Shown: positions 47,898 through 60,639 of the stretch, piece after piece | Numbering within the stretch: the stretch's first letter is position 1 | Layout of the letters: each line of letters begins with the position of its first letter | Assembly (NCBI RefSeq): GCF_001194135.2 | Contig: NC_068983.1 | Coordinates: 79,256,963-79,320,962 of the forward strand | Reading direction: 5' to 3' | DNA: 64,000 nt | DNA from: Octopus bimaculoides | Lineage: Eukaryota | The notes under the pieces: model-generated | What the model saw: the letters and a program-made list of their open reading frames with translations, nothing else | What the model was told of the DNA's origin: nothing | The model's database searches: none | Translations under genes and position numbers: made by a program

Positions 47898-48157
47898 NNN
47901 NNNNNNNNNNNNNNNNNNNNNNNNNNNNNNNNNNNNNNNNNNNNNNNNNNNNNNNNNNNNNNNNNNNNNNNNNNNNNNNNNNNNNNNNNNNNNNNNNNNN
48001 NNNNNNNNNNNNNNNNNNNNNNNNNNNNNNNNNNNNNNNNNNNNNNNNNNNNNNNNNNNNNNNNNNNNNNNNNNNNNNNNNNNNNNNNNNNNNNNNNNNN
48101 NNNNNNNNNNNNNNNNNNNNNNNNNNNNNNNNNNNNNNNNNNNNNNNNNNNNNNNNN
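47898..48157. other. Assembly gap flanked by (TA)n
   Basis: N run. Confidence 1.
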
Positions 48158-48199
<42 letters not shown>

Positions 48200-48980
48200 G
48201 GGATAGGGTATGAAAGAAATGGGGAAGGGATTATTGTCATAGGTTAGTGAGAAAGGGAGACAGTGGTAAGGGTGATGAGGTGGGCTCAACCATCTTAGTA
48301 TTATAGTCCTCCAGGCAAAAAATTGAATTGGGCCAAATAAATAGTATTTATTTGATTGCAAGCCATAGGATATATAGATTAGAATTGAGCCCCTTCACCT
48401 GTGAGCAACTGGCCAATGTGCCAATGCATTAAGTTGGTATGGAGGTGGGTTGTGTACCGAGGGTCCTGGGATATCCCACATTACAAAGGTGAATATGGGT
48501 GAAATATTTGGGAGTATGGAACATGAGAGAAAGAATAGATGGTAAGAAAAAAATGCAGAGAAAGAATGGATGAGAGTAGTAAGGATCTTGAAATAGCCAT
48601 TGTAAGAGAGGTGTGAGATTATGGGGACTAGGTGAGAGAGATAAGAGAGGGTTGAGGTAGTTGAAAAGCTGTGGGGAGAGGATACTCTGAGAAAAGAGGC
48701 AGAAGAGTGATGGATGACAGTGAGCAGTACAACTGGTGTGATGAGACATGAATAATATAGTGAGCAAGAGGATAGGCTTAGGAGGGAAGGTAGGTAGAAT
48801 AATGAGGATGGGCCAATGCAGTATTGTGTGTGTATGTGTGTATAATCAATTCAAATAACCAATTCAAATAAAGGAATAGAATAATGGACAACAAGAAGAT
48901 GTACACAAGGAATGTATTAGCCTGATGCTCAGTGAAAAGAGAGAGTTTGATGTTTTGAGCATAGCTCTTCATTGGAAAGG
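48200..48980 (-). mobile_element. Possible Penelope-like remnant
   Basis: Strongly pyrimidine-rich minus strand, a degenerate hammerhead-like 'ccaatga-a-GAGC(tat)GCTC-aaaacatc' at 48946-48975, and weak GIY-YIG-end-like 'QFNFLPGGL'. Confidence 0.35.
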
Positions 48981-49306
48981 AGAAAGGGAAAAGTCCCACT
49001 AGAGGAAAAGAAATCACCAACTGCACATGTGTAGTTACATTGCTGGAGTGACCAGAAGTAGAACACACAGGCACACACGAAAGGCGTTTTCCATCTACCA
49101 AATTCTTATTTTAGTGGTTGCTACTGGGATATGTTCCAGCTCACCTTGCCAAGAATCTCTATTCTTGCTACCTTTAATTTAATGATATGTATTCGATTTA
49201 ATGTATCCCTGCTGATAACGTGTGGTTGAGTGGTCTTCATCCTTTTTTAGGGTTTATAAACAACCAGAAACAGCTACAAACTACTCAATGTTAAAAGCAA
49301 TGCCGT

Positions 49307-49350
<44 letters not shown>

Positions 49351-49949
49351 TGTATTTTTTTTTTATATAAAGTTAAGTTGTAGTAAATTTCTTCTGGGAT
49401 TTATTTATTTTCTAAGAAAGGATGTTTCTCAAGGTGAATTCAGTTATTAATAGAGATTAATAAAATGAGTACTATGCTAAGTACTGAAGTTGCTATAATT
49501 GATTAAAGACCCTTGAAAGTAGTGCCTCTGCATGGCCACAGACTGAGAACAGTAAAATAAATTTAATAAGTGTTCTGGATAAAGCATAACCGGCCAGTGT
49601 TCTGCAGCTTTTGTTTTGTACAAAACCTTGTTATTAATGATTATGTCTTTTATAATAGATGTAATAATTTTTCATAAAAGTGACATCAAATTTACTGGTT
49701 GTAGTTATTTCATAGTCTGCTGCTTATTTCAGTTTAATGTCTTTAGTATAGCCTGCACCAGTATTTTGTGGTATTGATATTGAATAATAGCAGCTGAGGC
49801 ATAACACTTAGAGCCTTTTCAGTTTTAGAATATACATTTTATAGACTAGAGAAATAACTTTTGAATGTGTTAGGTTTGAGAAGAACTGGAATCCTTATTC
49901 TAGTCTGCAGCTTTGAATTCTCAATTTTCCAAAAGGATTTAGGCTTCTC

Positions 49950-50360
49950 TTTCATATTTCAGATTAGATTAATATGGAATTTGGTTTCAGAATACTTGGT
50001 CGTCTTTTGCTTTCATTGCATCCTAGCCAGTCATAGGAACACTTTGCTTCGACACACTGCCAAAGCTGTTGCTTGATGTTTCTGAATTTAATTACACTAT
50101 GGTTCATCTAAATGTTTGTGTTAGAACAAGGAGTGTTTTATACAGTCTTTGACAACCTCAACCTCATTGATCAGAAATTTATTGTAAATCTCATTAAAAT
50201 CTTCAACTAATTTATCAATTTATCATCCCAGTTAATTATAGAAACTTTTTCTCTGATGACTGCATAGTCAGCTTTTGAAATAGTTGAAAGAGTTAACAGA
50301 ACTTTTATCATCTATCATGAAATTAGTTGAGTTTGACAAGGCAGCTATGACGGGTTTTAA
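49950..50360 (-). mobile_element. Possible CR1/L2-type LINE remnant
   Basis: 'KADYAVIREKVSIINWDDKL' resembles the post-APE 'KADxxxIRxxLxxIDW' segment. Confidence 0.35.
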
Positions 50361-51072
50361 ATATCTTGTTGTTTAGCCCTAGGTTTGATATGATAGAAGA
50401 TCTATGATCAGAAGCATTTCCACTATAACCATCATGTACATTTTTTTCTGATACAGTATACCTAGGACTACCTTATCCAGTGTTTCCTTTCAATTTTTAA
50501 ATATTCCTCTAGTTGTTTGACTTCGTCAGGGATAATGAATGGGATTAGTGACCTCAAAATATTACTTTGACTAGCTATGGATCTTTGATTCAACAGAACA
50601 TTTTTGAGCTAAGTCCCAAAATGTTGGTGTTCTGGGAATGAAAAAAAATGATATATTTGATTTTGCAATGTGAGAGGCAGTGATATATTCACTAAGTAAC
50701 TGTGCTAACAGCGGCATGTTCAGTGGCATGAATGTTATACTAGGAGAAAAAGTGCTTATAAAGTGTTGACAATTTGTTTCCATAGACTCGATGATTTTTA
50801 TGAGACATAATACATTTTTCATGTTTTTCTTCCCCCTCCTCCCATACTTATATATTTTTCTTTTTTCTATTTTATCTTCAGCATTTTCTACCCTGAACCT
50901 ATTTCTTCCCTCTTTTCTCTAGTACAGCTGTCAATAATATACTCATTATGTCATAAATAACTTATTATCTGTCCATAAACGGAAATCCTTATCATTTAGT
51001 TTTTTGTTTTACTTTATGATAATGTAACTTCTATATGTATAGTTACATGTTTATATATATATATATATATAT

Positions 51073-51216
51073 NNNNNNNNNNNNNNNNNNNNNNNNNNNN
51101 NNNNNNNNNNNNNNNNNNNNNNNNNNNNNNNNNNNNNNNNNNNNNNNNNNNNNNNNNNNNNNNNNNNNNNNNNNNNNNNNNNNNNNNNNNNNNNNNNNNN
51201 NNNNNNNNNNNNNNNN
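51073..51216. other. Assembly gap preceded by (TA)n
   Basis: N run. Confidence 1.
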
Positions 51217-52079
51217 TTTTTTAATATGTACTTTTGAATATGAGGTAGACTATCGTATTATTTTATCTAATTTCATTTCCTTAGGCAATATTGATATGTA
51301 CACTATAAAATGGATATTACTAAAATATTCACAATCTCTATATTGATTGCCAAGTTAAGGTAAAACCTCAAGCTGACAAAAAAAAAAAAAGAGTTAATTT
51401 TTTATTATTATTATAATTTGAAATAGATTAACCTCCAGGGACAAGCGATAAAGATATAAATCATTTAATAGTATTGCGCTGGTATAATGGCAGATAGATC
51501 AGAGTATTATGACAAAATATTGGAACAATGTAATTAAGGAATATTATTGAGATCGAATACAAAGCTAATACAAGGTTTCTCAAGTACAAAATTTTTTGAG
51601 AATGAATAAGAGAAAACAAAAATATTCAAGCAGTTTTCTGGAGATATATGCCGACATGAAAAAAATAAATAACATTAAAAACACTGATTATAAAATAGTT
51701 CTATCGAGGAATATTTAAATGGTTGCAAAAGACAATCAAGGTAAAATTTAATTCAAACATTTATGAATTATGTATTAAGTTGCAGAGGAGAAAAATTCAT
51801 CCAAATATTTTAATAATTTTTTTTCTGTTTATTTTTTATTGAGCTTATTTTAACTCTCTCCACCTCTACTGCTTGCATATCATTATTTCGTTGTTTATAG
51901 AGTGGAAAATTATCAAATAAAAGTTACTCAACTAATATTTTAATTGTTTTTAATAAATTACCCTTTTTCATTGTTAATTATAAGGAACTTACGATTTTTG
52001 TCCTCTAACCAAATATATTTAATGTAATTTTTCTTGATTAGCTCAAATGTCATTAGATGAATCATTATTATTGTCTCCT

Positions 52080-52260
52080 TCCTTATTCAGTTACTGATGT
52101 GGAGAAATTTTTACAATGATAATTTAATTTTCGCAGAAACACTTCCAGTTGCCTTAAGATTATATTTGATATTATCTCAAACATCACTTACTTGCAATCA
52201 GAGGATATCAGAAAAATAAGTAGCCAGGTTAGTATTAATAAAACTAAAGTAAATTATTTA
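52080..52260 (+). mobile_element. Possible decayed hAT dimerisation-domain remnant
   Basis: 'FAETLPVALRLYLIL' and the shifted-frame 'LQSEDIRKIS' resemble hAT 'ETFPNVxIALRIYL...SIESDILRKI'. An exon reading is also possible (see findings). Confidence 0.35.
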
Positions 52261-53034
52261 CTGAGAAGATAGCAATTCTATGTTTTTCTTTGTTTTTTCC
52301 TCAGCTAAATGTAAAGATAGAATCTGTGTTCATAAAAACCATTCTCATAAGTTAATCATATGACAGGTATGATGTTTCTTACATAAAGTTACCTGTAAAG
52401 TTTGAGATGTTTATTCTGCTAGCCTTGTAATATAAAAGAACAAAGAAAACAACTGACTTGAAAGGTATATTCAAGCAACAATATTTTCCAAAGAATAATA
52501 TTTCTAAAATATCTATTCATTGAGCTATTGGGATTAAAGGAGGGGAATGTGAAAATACCTGTCTTTTTGAAAGATATCTTGCTTTAGATTGTTTAATCAA
52601 CCTATTTAATTAGCTACTCTCCTTAAATGTTTCTTTTATGATTATTAAAAGACCAAACTATGTTAGTCTGTAAATACATTCTAGGAAATTTGTGTATATA
52701 TCCTAAGATTAAACCATTAAAGAGAACTTTCCTTTTTTTAAGAGTGTATATAATTTATCAAAGCAAAGATAATGAAGCCATGCGGTATATCATAATAGCC
52801 TTTCTTTGGAAGAGAGGATTTTGGATGGTTCTTACTCTGATTGTCCTCTACAAGAGTATTTAAGAATTAATCTGCCACTGGGATAAACCCGAGCTGCTGC
52901 TGCTGGTACATATTTTCAGATGTGTAGATTGAAGCATTGGGAAATGAAGCACCTTGCTTAAGGGCACTACGCACTACCAAACACCCTAACCACTTGATGA
53001 TGTTTTCTCAGGAAATAATTGGCTTAGTTATTCT

Positions 53035-53750
53035 TTTATTTTGTTACTTGTTTCAGTCATTTGACTGTGGCCATGCTGAATCGCTGCCTTTAGTCGAACA
53101 AATCAACCCCAGGACTTATTCCTTGTAAGCCTAGTACTTATTCTATTGGTTTGTTTTGCTGAACTACTAAGTTATGGGGACATAAATACACCAACACCAG
53201 TTGTCAAGAGATGGTGGGGAGACAAACATAGACACACAAATGTATACACACACACACACACACACACATACTCTTTTACTCTTTTACTTGTTTCAGTCAT
53301 TTGATTGCGGCCATGCTGGAGCACCACCTTTAGTTGAGCAAATCAACCCCAGGACTTATTCTTTGGAAGCTTAGTACTTATTCTATTGGTCTGTTTTGCC
53401 GAACCGCTAAGTTACAGGGACGTAAACACAACACCATCAGTTGTCAAGTGATGTTGGGAGGACAAACACAGACACACAAACATATACACACACATACATA
53501 TATATACATATATATGACGGGCTTCTTTCAGTTTCCGTCTACCAAATCCACTCACAAGGCTTTGGTTGGCCCGAGGCTATAGTAGAAGACACTTGCCCAA
53601 AGTGCCATGCAGTGGGAATGAACCTGGAACCGTGTGGTTGGTAAGGAAGATACTTACCATGCAGGCTATAGCAGAAGATGCTTGCCCAAGGTGCCATGCA
53701 GTGGCACTGAAGCCATGTGGTTGAGAAGCCAGCTTCTTACCACACAGCCA
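53035..53750 (-). mobile_element. Tandem family A SINEs (3' half plus full copy plus extra head)
   Basis: Two successive 'tacttgtttcagtcattt..tg.ggccatgctg' tails. Confidence 0.85.
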
Positions 53751-54412
53751 CATGCAAGTATCCCTCCAGCTTTTACTGTGAATGCTTTGACAAACTATAT
53801 CTGGTCACTCTAATTCCAAAAAAGCAATAGACAAATCTCCTTCTGATCACATCTTACTGTGTAATTAAAAAAGATAAAGGCAACATAACATATTGTAGTC
53901 ATGGATAAAAAGAGTGAATTGTCATGGCTTGAATACCTTTCATCATTAGTCTACTAAATCAAGGATGACTAAGATCTAAGTAACAATGATGACTACTGTT
54001 CTTGATTTACTTACTCTTCAAGTGACCAAAGGAGATAAATTCTTTCACTACTGACTTCCTTGTTTCCTATTAGCTTCTTCCTTTATGGAACAGAATCTAT
54101 TAAAAAAACCATTCCTCATTTCAAAATGACAATTAATTTAATTAGGATTAACTATTCTCTAGATTAGCTATTCTCAGCTGGTTCTGTTAGGTGCATTATT
54201 GACGGAAATCTTTTGTAACTATGTCTAAATGTCAGATAATGCAATATGATAACAATGGCTAGTCCATTGGTGGAAAGGAAAGTCAGGCTATATTCTCATA
54301 TCTATTGAGCGATGAGATATTAAACAAATAATATTATTGATGTCTATTTATAACTTGAATATATTTTCTGATTTGATGTTCATAAATATTTTGTGTATCA
54401 GATGTTGATTTT

Positions 54413-54452
<40 letters not shown>

Positions 54453-55771
54453 CCATTTTCCATGCTGGCATGGGTTGTGTATATATCATATACATCTGTT
54501 AATGAGATGAAACCTCAACTACGAAACTTTTCTCTTTATAACACATGGAATTGTTTTGTTATCTGATAACTTTTGTGTAAAAGAAGGTAAATGCATTGGT
54601 TAAATCAGTTTATCTATGGTATAGAAATGAGTAAAACAACTGCAGGAAAATACTATTATTCATAAAAGCAATACACCCTTTTTTTTTTTTTTTACCTTTT
54701 AGTTTCAAGTAGCTTGGCTGGCAATAACTTAGTCTATACAGGCTTAGTAGTAAACAGCTAAATGTTTGAAGTGCTTTCCTAGGAAATGTATTGATTTAGT
54801 TTTGAAATACTATCAAAGAATGGCTGCTTGAAAAAGAAATTGTTTAGATTTTTAAATATTGCTATGTTTTGTTCTTGTTAATTAAAAATAAGAAAAAAAT
54901 GTACATATGTAGATAAGACAACTTTTGGTTTCTTTAGACTAAGCAAAAGGTCAAATTTTGTGTTGAATGCATAGTTGATGAAATTTAATCCTCTGTATAT
55001 AACTGGTAGTTACTTTATGGCCTTATAGGAATAAACAACAAAATTGATTTTGGTGTGATTTCAGCTTATAATACAGTGGAATGAAGATAAAAAAATGGAA
55101 GCCATTTATTTTAACATTCTTCTGGGGTGGTGGGATGCTATACTGTCACCTTAGAAACTGCTAAGATGTCTGTAATATCTTTGAAAATTGAATTTAGATG
55201 TGTATCCATTTTATTACCACAATATACATGTGAGATTCATACATGTTGTAATATTTTGTTGTAGTTTTTTTAAAAACCCATATGCAAGGAAAGTAAAATA
55301 ATATCCAAAATAGGAAATACTGCGTAAATCCCAATTGAAAGAAAATGTACCAGCCTGATTGGAAAAATAGTAGATAAAGAAAACAGAAAAATTATAGTCT
55401 TATCTACGTTCCTAGCTGTTGTGTGAAAAATGTTTGCTTAAAAAAGTAATAAATGCAGAATTAAATGTTCATGTAATTTCAAACATGTAACATAAATGTG
55501 ATAGATATAATACAATGATGAACTGGAAACTTCAGACATTAATGGCTTGTCAAATATCATACAAAGAAATACACAACTGGTGATAAAAAGGCTCACTTAG
55601 GTCTCTTACTATAGAATATTTGTTAAAAGTGTAATGTTGCATAGCAGGGAGTTTGGATGATGAAATATTAGATTTCCAGGGAATAGAAGAAAATGAGTTA
55701 TGTGCAATGAGAATTTGATACAGTGCAAATGAGATAAGGAAATTTTGGTATCAGAAACTTTCAGCATATGA

Positions 55772-55806
<35 letters not shown>

Positions 55807-55814
55807 TTGGGCAT

Positions 55815-56043
55815 ATACCTTTTACTTGTTTCATTCATTCAACTGTGGCCATACTAGGGCACCACCTTGAAGGGCTTCGGCATACAAATTAACCTCAGTA
55901 GGTATATTTTGTATGGTACTTATTCAATTGGTCTCATTTGCCAAACTAAATTACAGAGATGTAAATAATCCAACATTAGTTGTCAAGTGGAGGGACAAAC
56001 ACAGACATACACAAAAACATACACATACATATGTGTGTGTGTT

Positions 56044-56073
<30 letters not shown>
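55815..56073 (-). mobile_element. Family A SINE 3' half
   Basis: Tail homology ending in the (TA)n tract used by the mariner. Confidence 0.7.
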
Positions 56074-56075
<2 letters not shown>

Positions 56076-56079
<4 letters not shown>

Positions 56080-56710
56080 GGGAAGTAAAAAATTACCAGC
56101 ACTTTCACCATAACATATCTTTATTATTGCCACACTGCTTTCTGCGCATGTGTGCTTATAGTTGGTACTATAGTTGTCGTGATCGAAGTTTGAGCCTGAA
56201 TGTGCCATTTTTCTATCTGGCTTTACACTGTAAGCATGGCCACTCCACTAGGGTGTACGATGAACAGTGCAAGACACAGCACTTTGCTGGCCAACAGTCG
56301 GAAGTCAGCAATTTGCACTGAATGCCAAAGCCTAGTGTTGAAGAAAGTTTTGTTGCATGACAATGCATTCCCACAGACGTCTACCCAGTCCATTGAAACC
56401 ATTAACCAATTGGGTTTTGAGGTGCTGGAACACCCTGCCAACAACCCAGGCTTTGCCGCTTCTGACTATCATATCTTTAGATTGCTTAAAGATGGTTTAC
56501 GAGGCCATCAATTTCCTATGGATGAAGATGTGAAGGAAGCGGTGCATAAATGATTGTATGACTGACCAAAAATTTTCTTGGAGAGAATACATAAACTTGT
56601 GGACTGCTGGACCAAGTGCACCAAAATGGAAGGAGACTATATAGAAAAATGATATACATGTTTATTCCTTGAAAAAACTAAGAGTGCATATAATTTTTTA
56701 CTCTCCTTCA
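56076..56710 (+). mobile_element. Internally deleted mariner (DD34D-type) element
   Basis: TA|TGAGGGGAAGTAAAAAATTA... and ...TAATTTTTTACTCTCCTTCA|TA are matching TIRs. The translation 'LLHDNAFPQ...LGFEVLEHPANNPGFAASDYHIFRLLK...KLVDCWTKC...GDYIEK' carries degenerate HDNA and YSPDLAPSDY motifs. Confidence 0.92.
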
Positions 56711-56712
56711 TA

Positions 56713-56997
56713 TATATCACGTGATCAACCAGACTTGGATGTTATTGAACATCACTGGTCACAATGCACTTTGCATTGTTTTAGTTTTCAGATGATGCTA
56801 CCCTACTGGCTAGGTGAGCAGGCCAACATTCCCTCCAACTGGAAGGCCAGTCCATTGCAGGCTTACCCATTTACAACTGTGTGTACTGGAGCAATGTGAA
56901 ATGAAAAGCTCTGCTTAAAAGCATAATGTGCTGCTTGGTCTGGGAATTGAACCCATTATAACTAGATCATGAGTGCAACATCTTAACAACTAAGCCA
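56713..56997 (-). mobile_element. Family D SINE
   Basis: tRNA-like head 'ggtgtggcttagttgttaagatgttgcactcatgatc...ggttcaattccc' on minus. Confidence 0.7.
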
Positions 56998-57138
56998 CAC
57001 CTCCTCTCTCTCTCTCTCTCTATCTTTCTCTCTCTCTCTCTCTCTCTCTCCCTTTCTCTCTTCTCTTTCTCTCTTCTCTGTCTTTCTCTCTTCTCTGTCT
57101 TTCTCTCTCTCTTCTCTTTCTCTCTCTCTCTCTTTCTC
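56998..57138. repeat. (CT)n microsatellite with higher-order subunits
   Basis: Directly visible. Confidence 0.9.
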
Positions 57139-58104
57139 ACACACACTTATATGTAACTTAGTGGTTTAGCAAAAGAGACTGAGGGAATAAGAATCAGGCT
57201 TTAAAAAATAAGTGCCTGAGTTGATTTGTTCAACTAAAAACCATCAAAGCAGTGCTCCAGCATAGTTGCAGTCCAATGATTGAAACAAGTAAAGGATAAG
57301 ATACATCTCTTTATTTTTAACATACATTTTCTCTTTCCTATTCTTCTCCTTATTTTCTTTTTTACAGGCTTTACTTTCTTGTGTTTCAATAACTACCCTC
57401 ACTTACCCTCTTTGTTTTGAATACTATATTTTGCACATCATTAATCCACTATGTTAGCTACATTCATTAAACTCAGAGTAGTAACAGAATAATTTAAACT
57501 CTAGATTAAATAATTACACTCAATTTCTGTATTGAGTGCTAATCCCTTGTCTTCATAAACTCAGTTGTGCAATCTCACACATTAGCAAAAGCATGCACAT
57601 ACACAGATGTATATGTGTGTATACACGTGTGTGTGTGTGTGTGTATGTATGTGTGTATGTATGTGTGTATGTATGTACCTTCCACCAGTTACGTCATGTA
57701 TACATAAAAATGCAAAATAGTGTGCAATGAAAATACCAGTATAAGTTTTTAAGTTGTTTGCATAATTTAGTAACTTATTTTCAAAAAAGAAAAAAACTTT
57801 AAAAAATGACATAAAAACCATACTTTATAGAAATATAACCATTAAAATAGTTGTTTTCAACAGTAACACTAAAATGTTGACAATATTCTTGAGTGAAATG
57901 TATTCATAAAATATTCAAAAAGTCAAAAATTGTCTGTCTGAACTTTGGAAATTAATAATTTTCAACTAAAATTCTTGTTATTGTCAAACAATGTATTTTG
58001 AAGTACATGTCACAGAGTTCATCCCTCTTGCTGATCAAATCTAATCTTCTGAAAATGAAACTATATTAACAAAGAATGATATCTTGGACATTATTTTTCT
58101 GAAT

Positions 58105-58320
58105 ATAAGGCAGCGAGTTGGCAGAAATGTTAGCACACTGGGCAAAATGCCTAGCAGTATTTCGTCTGTCTTTACGTTCTGAGTTCAAATTCTGCTGAGG
58201 TTGACTTTGCCTTTCATCCTTTCAGGGTCGATAAATTAAGTGACAGTTATGTACTGGGGTTGATCTAATCAACTGGCTCCCTCCCCCAAAATTCCAGACC
58301 TTGTGCCTAGAGTAAAAAAG
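58105..58320 (+). mobile_element. Full-length family B SINE flanked by a ~220-bp direct repeat
   Basis: SINE 'aaggcagcgagttggcagaaatgttagcac...cttgtgcctagagtaaaaaag'. The flanks 57882-58104 and 58321-58541 are near-identical. Confidence 0.92.
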
Positions 58321-60226
58321 AATATTCTTGAGTGAAATGTATTCATAAAATATTCAAAAAATCAAAGATTGTCTGTCTGAACTTTGGAAATTAAATAATT
58401 TTCAACTAAAGCTCTTGTTATTGTCAAACAATGTATTTTGTAGTACATGTCACACAGTTCATCCCTCTTGCTGATCAAATCTAATCTTCTGAAAATGAAA
58501 CTATATTAACAAAGAATATCTTGGATATTATTTTTCTGAATGTATCTTTTGTTTTTTCATTGTTGTAGTCATCGCCTTTGATAGACCACCACCACCACCA
58601 TCATTATAACAATTTTCTGTTTACTTCTATGCTTCTTCTTGTGCTCTTAATTCAGTCAGGATTTCATTGACATATACTATGTTAGACTTGATTTTATTAT
58701 CATGCACCAAATAGAACACTTAAACATGCATGACAAATATTAAATTGTCATGAATATGTTACACTTGTACAAAGTACCATTTAATTAACTTTACATTTTA
58801 AAAGTCTTATTTATATTTTTAAGATTTTTATTTATTTTTACTTGTCAGCAGTTAGCAAATAATAAGGTGTTTCATATAATACATGTCTTAATTTACATTG
58901 TTCTGCACCAAGTTAAAAACGAAAAATAAAACGTTTTATTGAATTAAAATTGTGTAGGAAACCATTTTTGAGGAAATTAAATAATTTTATAAAGGCAGCT
59001 AAAATGCCATATTCTTGCTATTTATTGTTAATAGTAAAATTATGGGAAATATTTTTCCAATTTGTGAAGTGAGTTTATACAAAATTTTATAGGAAATCAA
59101 ATATTTTCAGTATTCAAACAAAGAAGCTAAAACTTTAGTTTGTTTTAAAAAATTTATTTTCTGTATTCTTTTAGTTCTTTTTTCTTAAAGAGTTTAAACT
59201 ATATACATTTAATCTCAGAATATTTTATTACTCTTTACTTCTGATGCTACATTAATGCTTTTAGAAAGGCATTAATGTTTTCAATTCTCTAGTGTCCTAC
59301 TCTGGAAATCTGTAGTAGTTGTTTAGCACTAGGTCAGTTCTAACTAAGTGCATCTGTGACCATCCCGTCTATTTTGTAAGTCTAAATTTACACTATCTAA
59401 TGTGATCTTCCTTTTCTAAGATAGAATGTGATTTAAGGAAATCTATCTATTGTTATTTTATAACTTATAGAGCAACTGTGTAACACTTCTTGTGTTAGTT
59501 GGCTGCCAATTATAAGTAACTCTTCTTAGTGAAATAGTTACATTTTGATTATATCAACATCCATTTTTTATGATTTACTGAATTTAAAATGTATCATCAG
59601 CTCTTAGTAGTTTTGAAACGCTTCTTTCAGAAAAGAGAATAAGTTTTCTGCAACTGTTCTATTTGTTTTGTAGTTTCAGTATCTTTTAATCCTCTTAGCT
59701 CTTGTTTTAATGTATTTTGCAGCATTCTTGTGATAAAAATTGTAACTTTTACTTGTTTACCTTCAAATTTTTTCAGTTATTTTGACAAATATTGATACAT
59801 TTCAAAATTTCTTTTTTGTGGTTAGCTTTGAATCTACTATCATGATATTCTGAAGTCTGTGATCTTATCTATTTTGTATTTCTTTTTGATATTATCACCT
59901 CTGGTCTCCTTTCTATTATTATTTGATCAATTTGCACTCAAAAAACCCATAAGCCTATACAACATTCATTTTTAATAACAGTAGATTTTTACTGATTTGG
60001 AACCAATTTTCATTTACTTTGAATCCAAATTCTTACTGTGCCCCCTTTTATTTCTTGCCTGAAATGTTTCTTTGTCCATACCATTTACACATAAAATGAT
60101 TGAAATTTTCATTTTCTTTACTACATTTTGACATTTTGTACCAAACCAAAAGTGAGCTTGTACATGGTCGAATAGCTGGTAAATCTCCCTTAAGTTATTC
60201 TTATTTTAGTGTCCCTTATCTGAAAT

Positions 60227-60435
60227 CTTTCATTACACATCCTGTGACCTCTTCAGTGACTCTTCATCCCACAGATTGACACAGAACAGGAGGGGACATG
60301 TGTGATGGAGATTCACTGAAGAGGTTACATCGTGTGACCTCTTCGGTGACTCTTTATCCCACAGAATGAAACAGAACAGGAGGAGACATGTAGGATGGAG
60401 AGTAACCAAAGAGGTCACAGGATGTGTTATGAAAG
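60227..60435. repeat. Tandem dimer of ~87-nt hairpin units inside an outer inverted repeat
   Basis: Units 60243-60330 and 60334-60419 are each self-complementary. The outer IR is 'ctttcattacacatcc'/'ggatgtgttatgaaag'. Confidence 0.9.
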
Positions 60436-60639
60436 ACTCTCAAGTTGTTATCTTTAAATAACAAAAGGAAACCATAAGATACTGTAATGCAGGAAAAATC
60501 TATTTTACATAAGACTCATGTCTTGAATGCCTTTTATCATAAATTTGCTCAATTGAGGATGTCATGGGGATGGGGAGATTTCAACAATAACTTAAATATT
60601 TATTTTTTTATTGCCCACAATGGGGCAATAAAGAGGGGA

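Noticed and set aside
50365-50500. Apparent APE 'SDH' and 'TLD' motifs on minus
   Set aside because: The segment is a copy of a recurring (CAA)n-tailed SINE-like repeat (also about 34410-34575, 53790-53990, 59310-59470), so the motifs are coincidental.
57517-57538. 8-bp hairpin CACTCAAT/ATTGAGTG; similar short hairpin at about 34708-34737
   Set aside because: Too short to distinguish from chance and no associated element termini.
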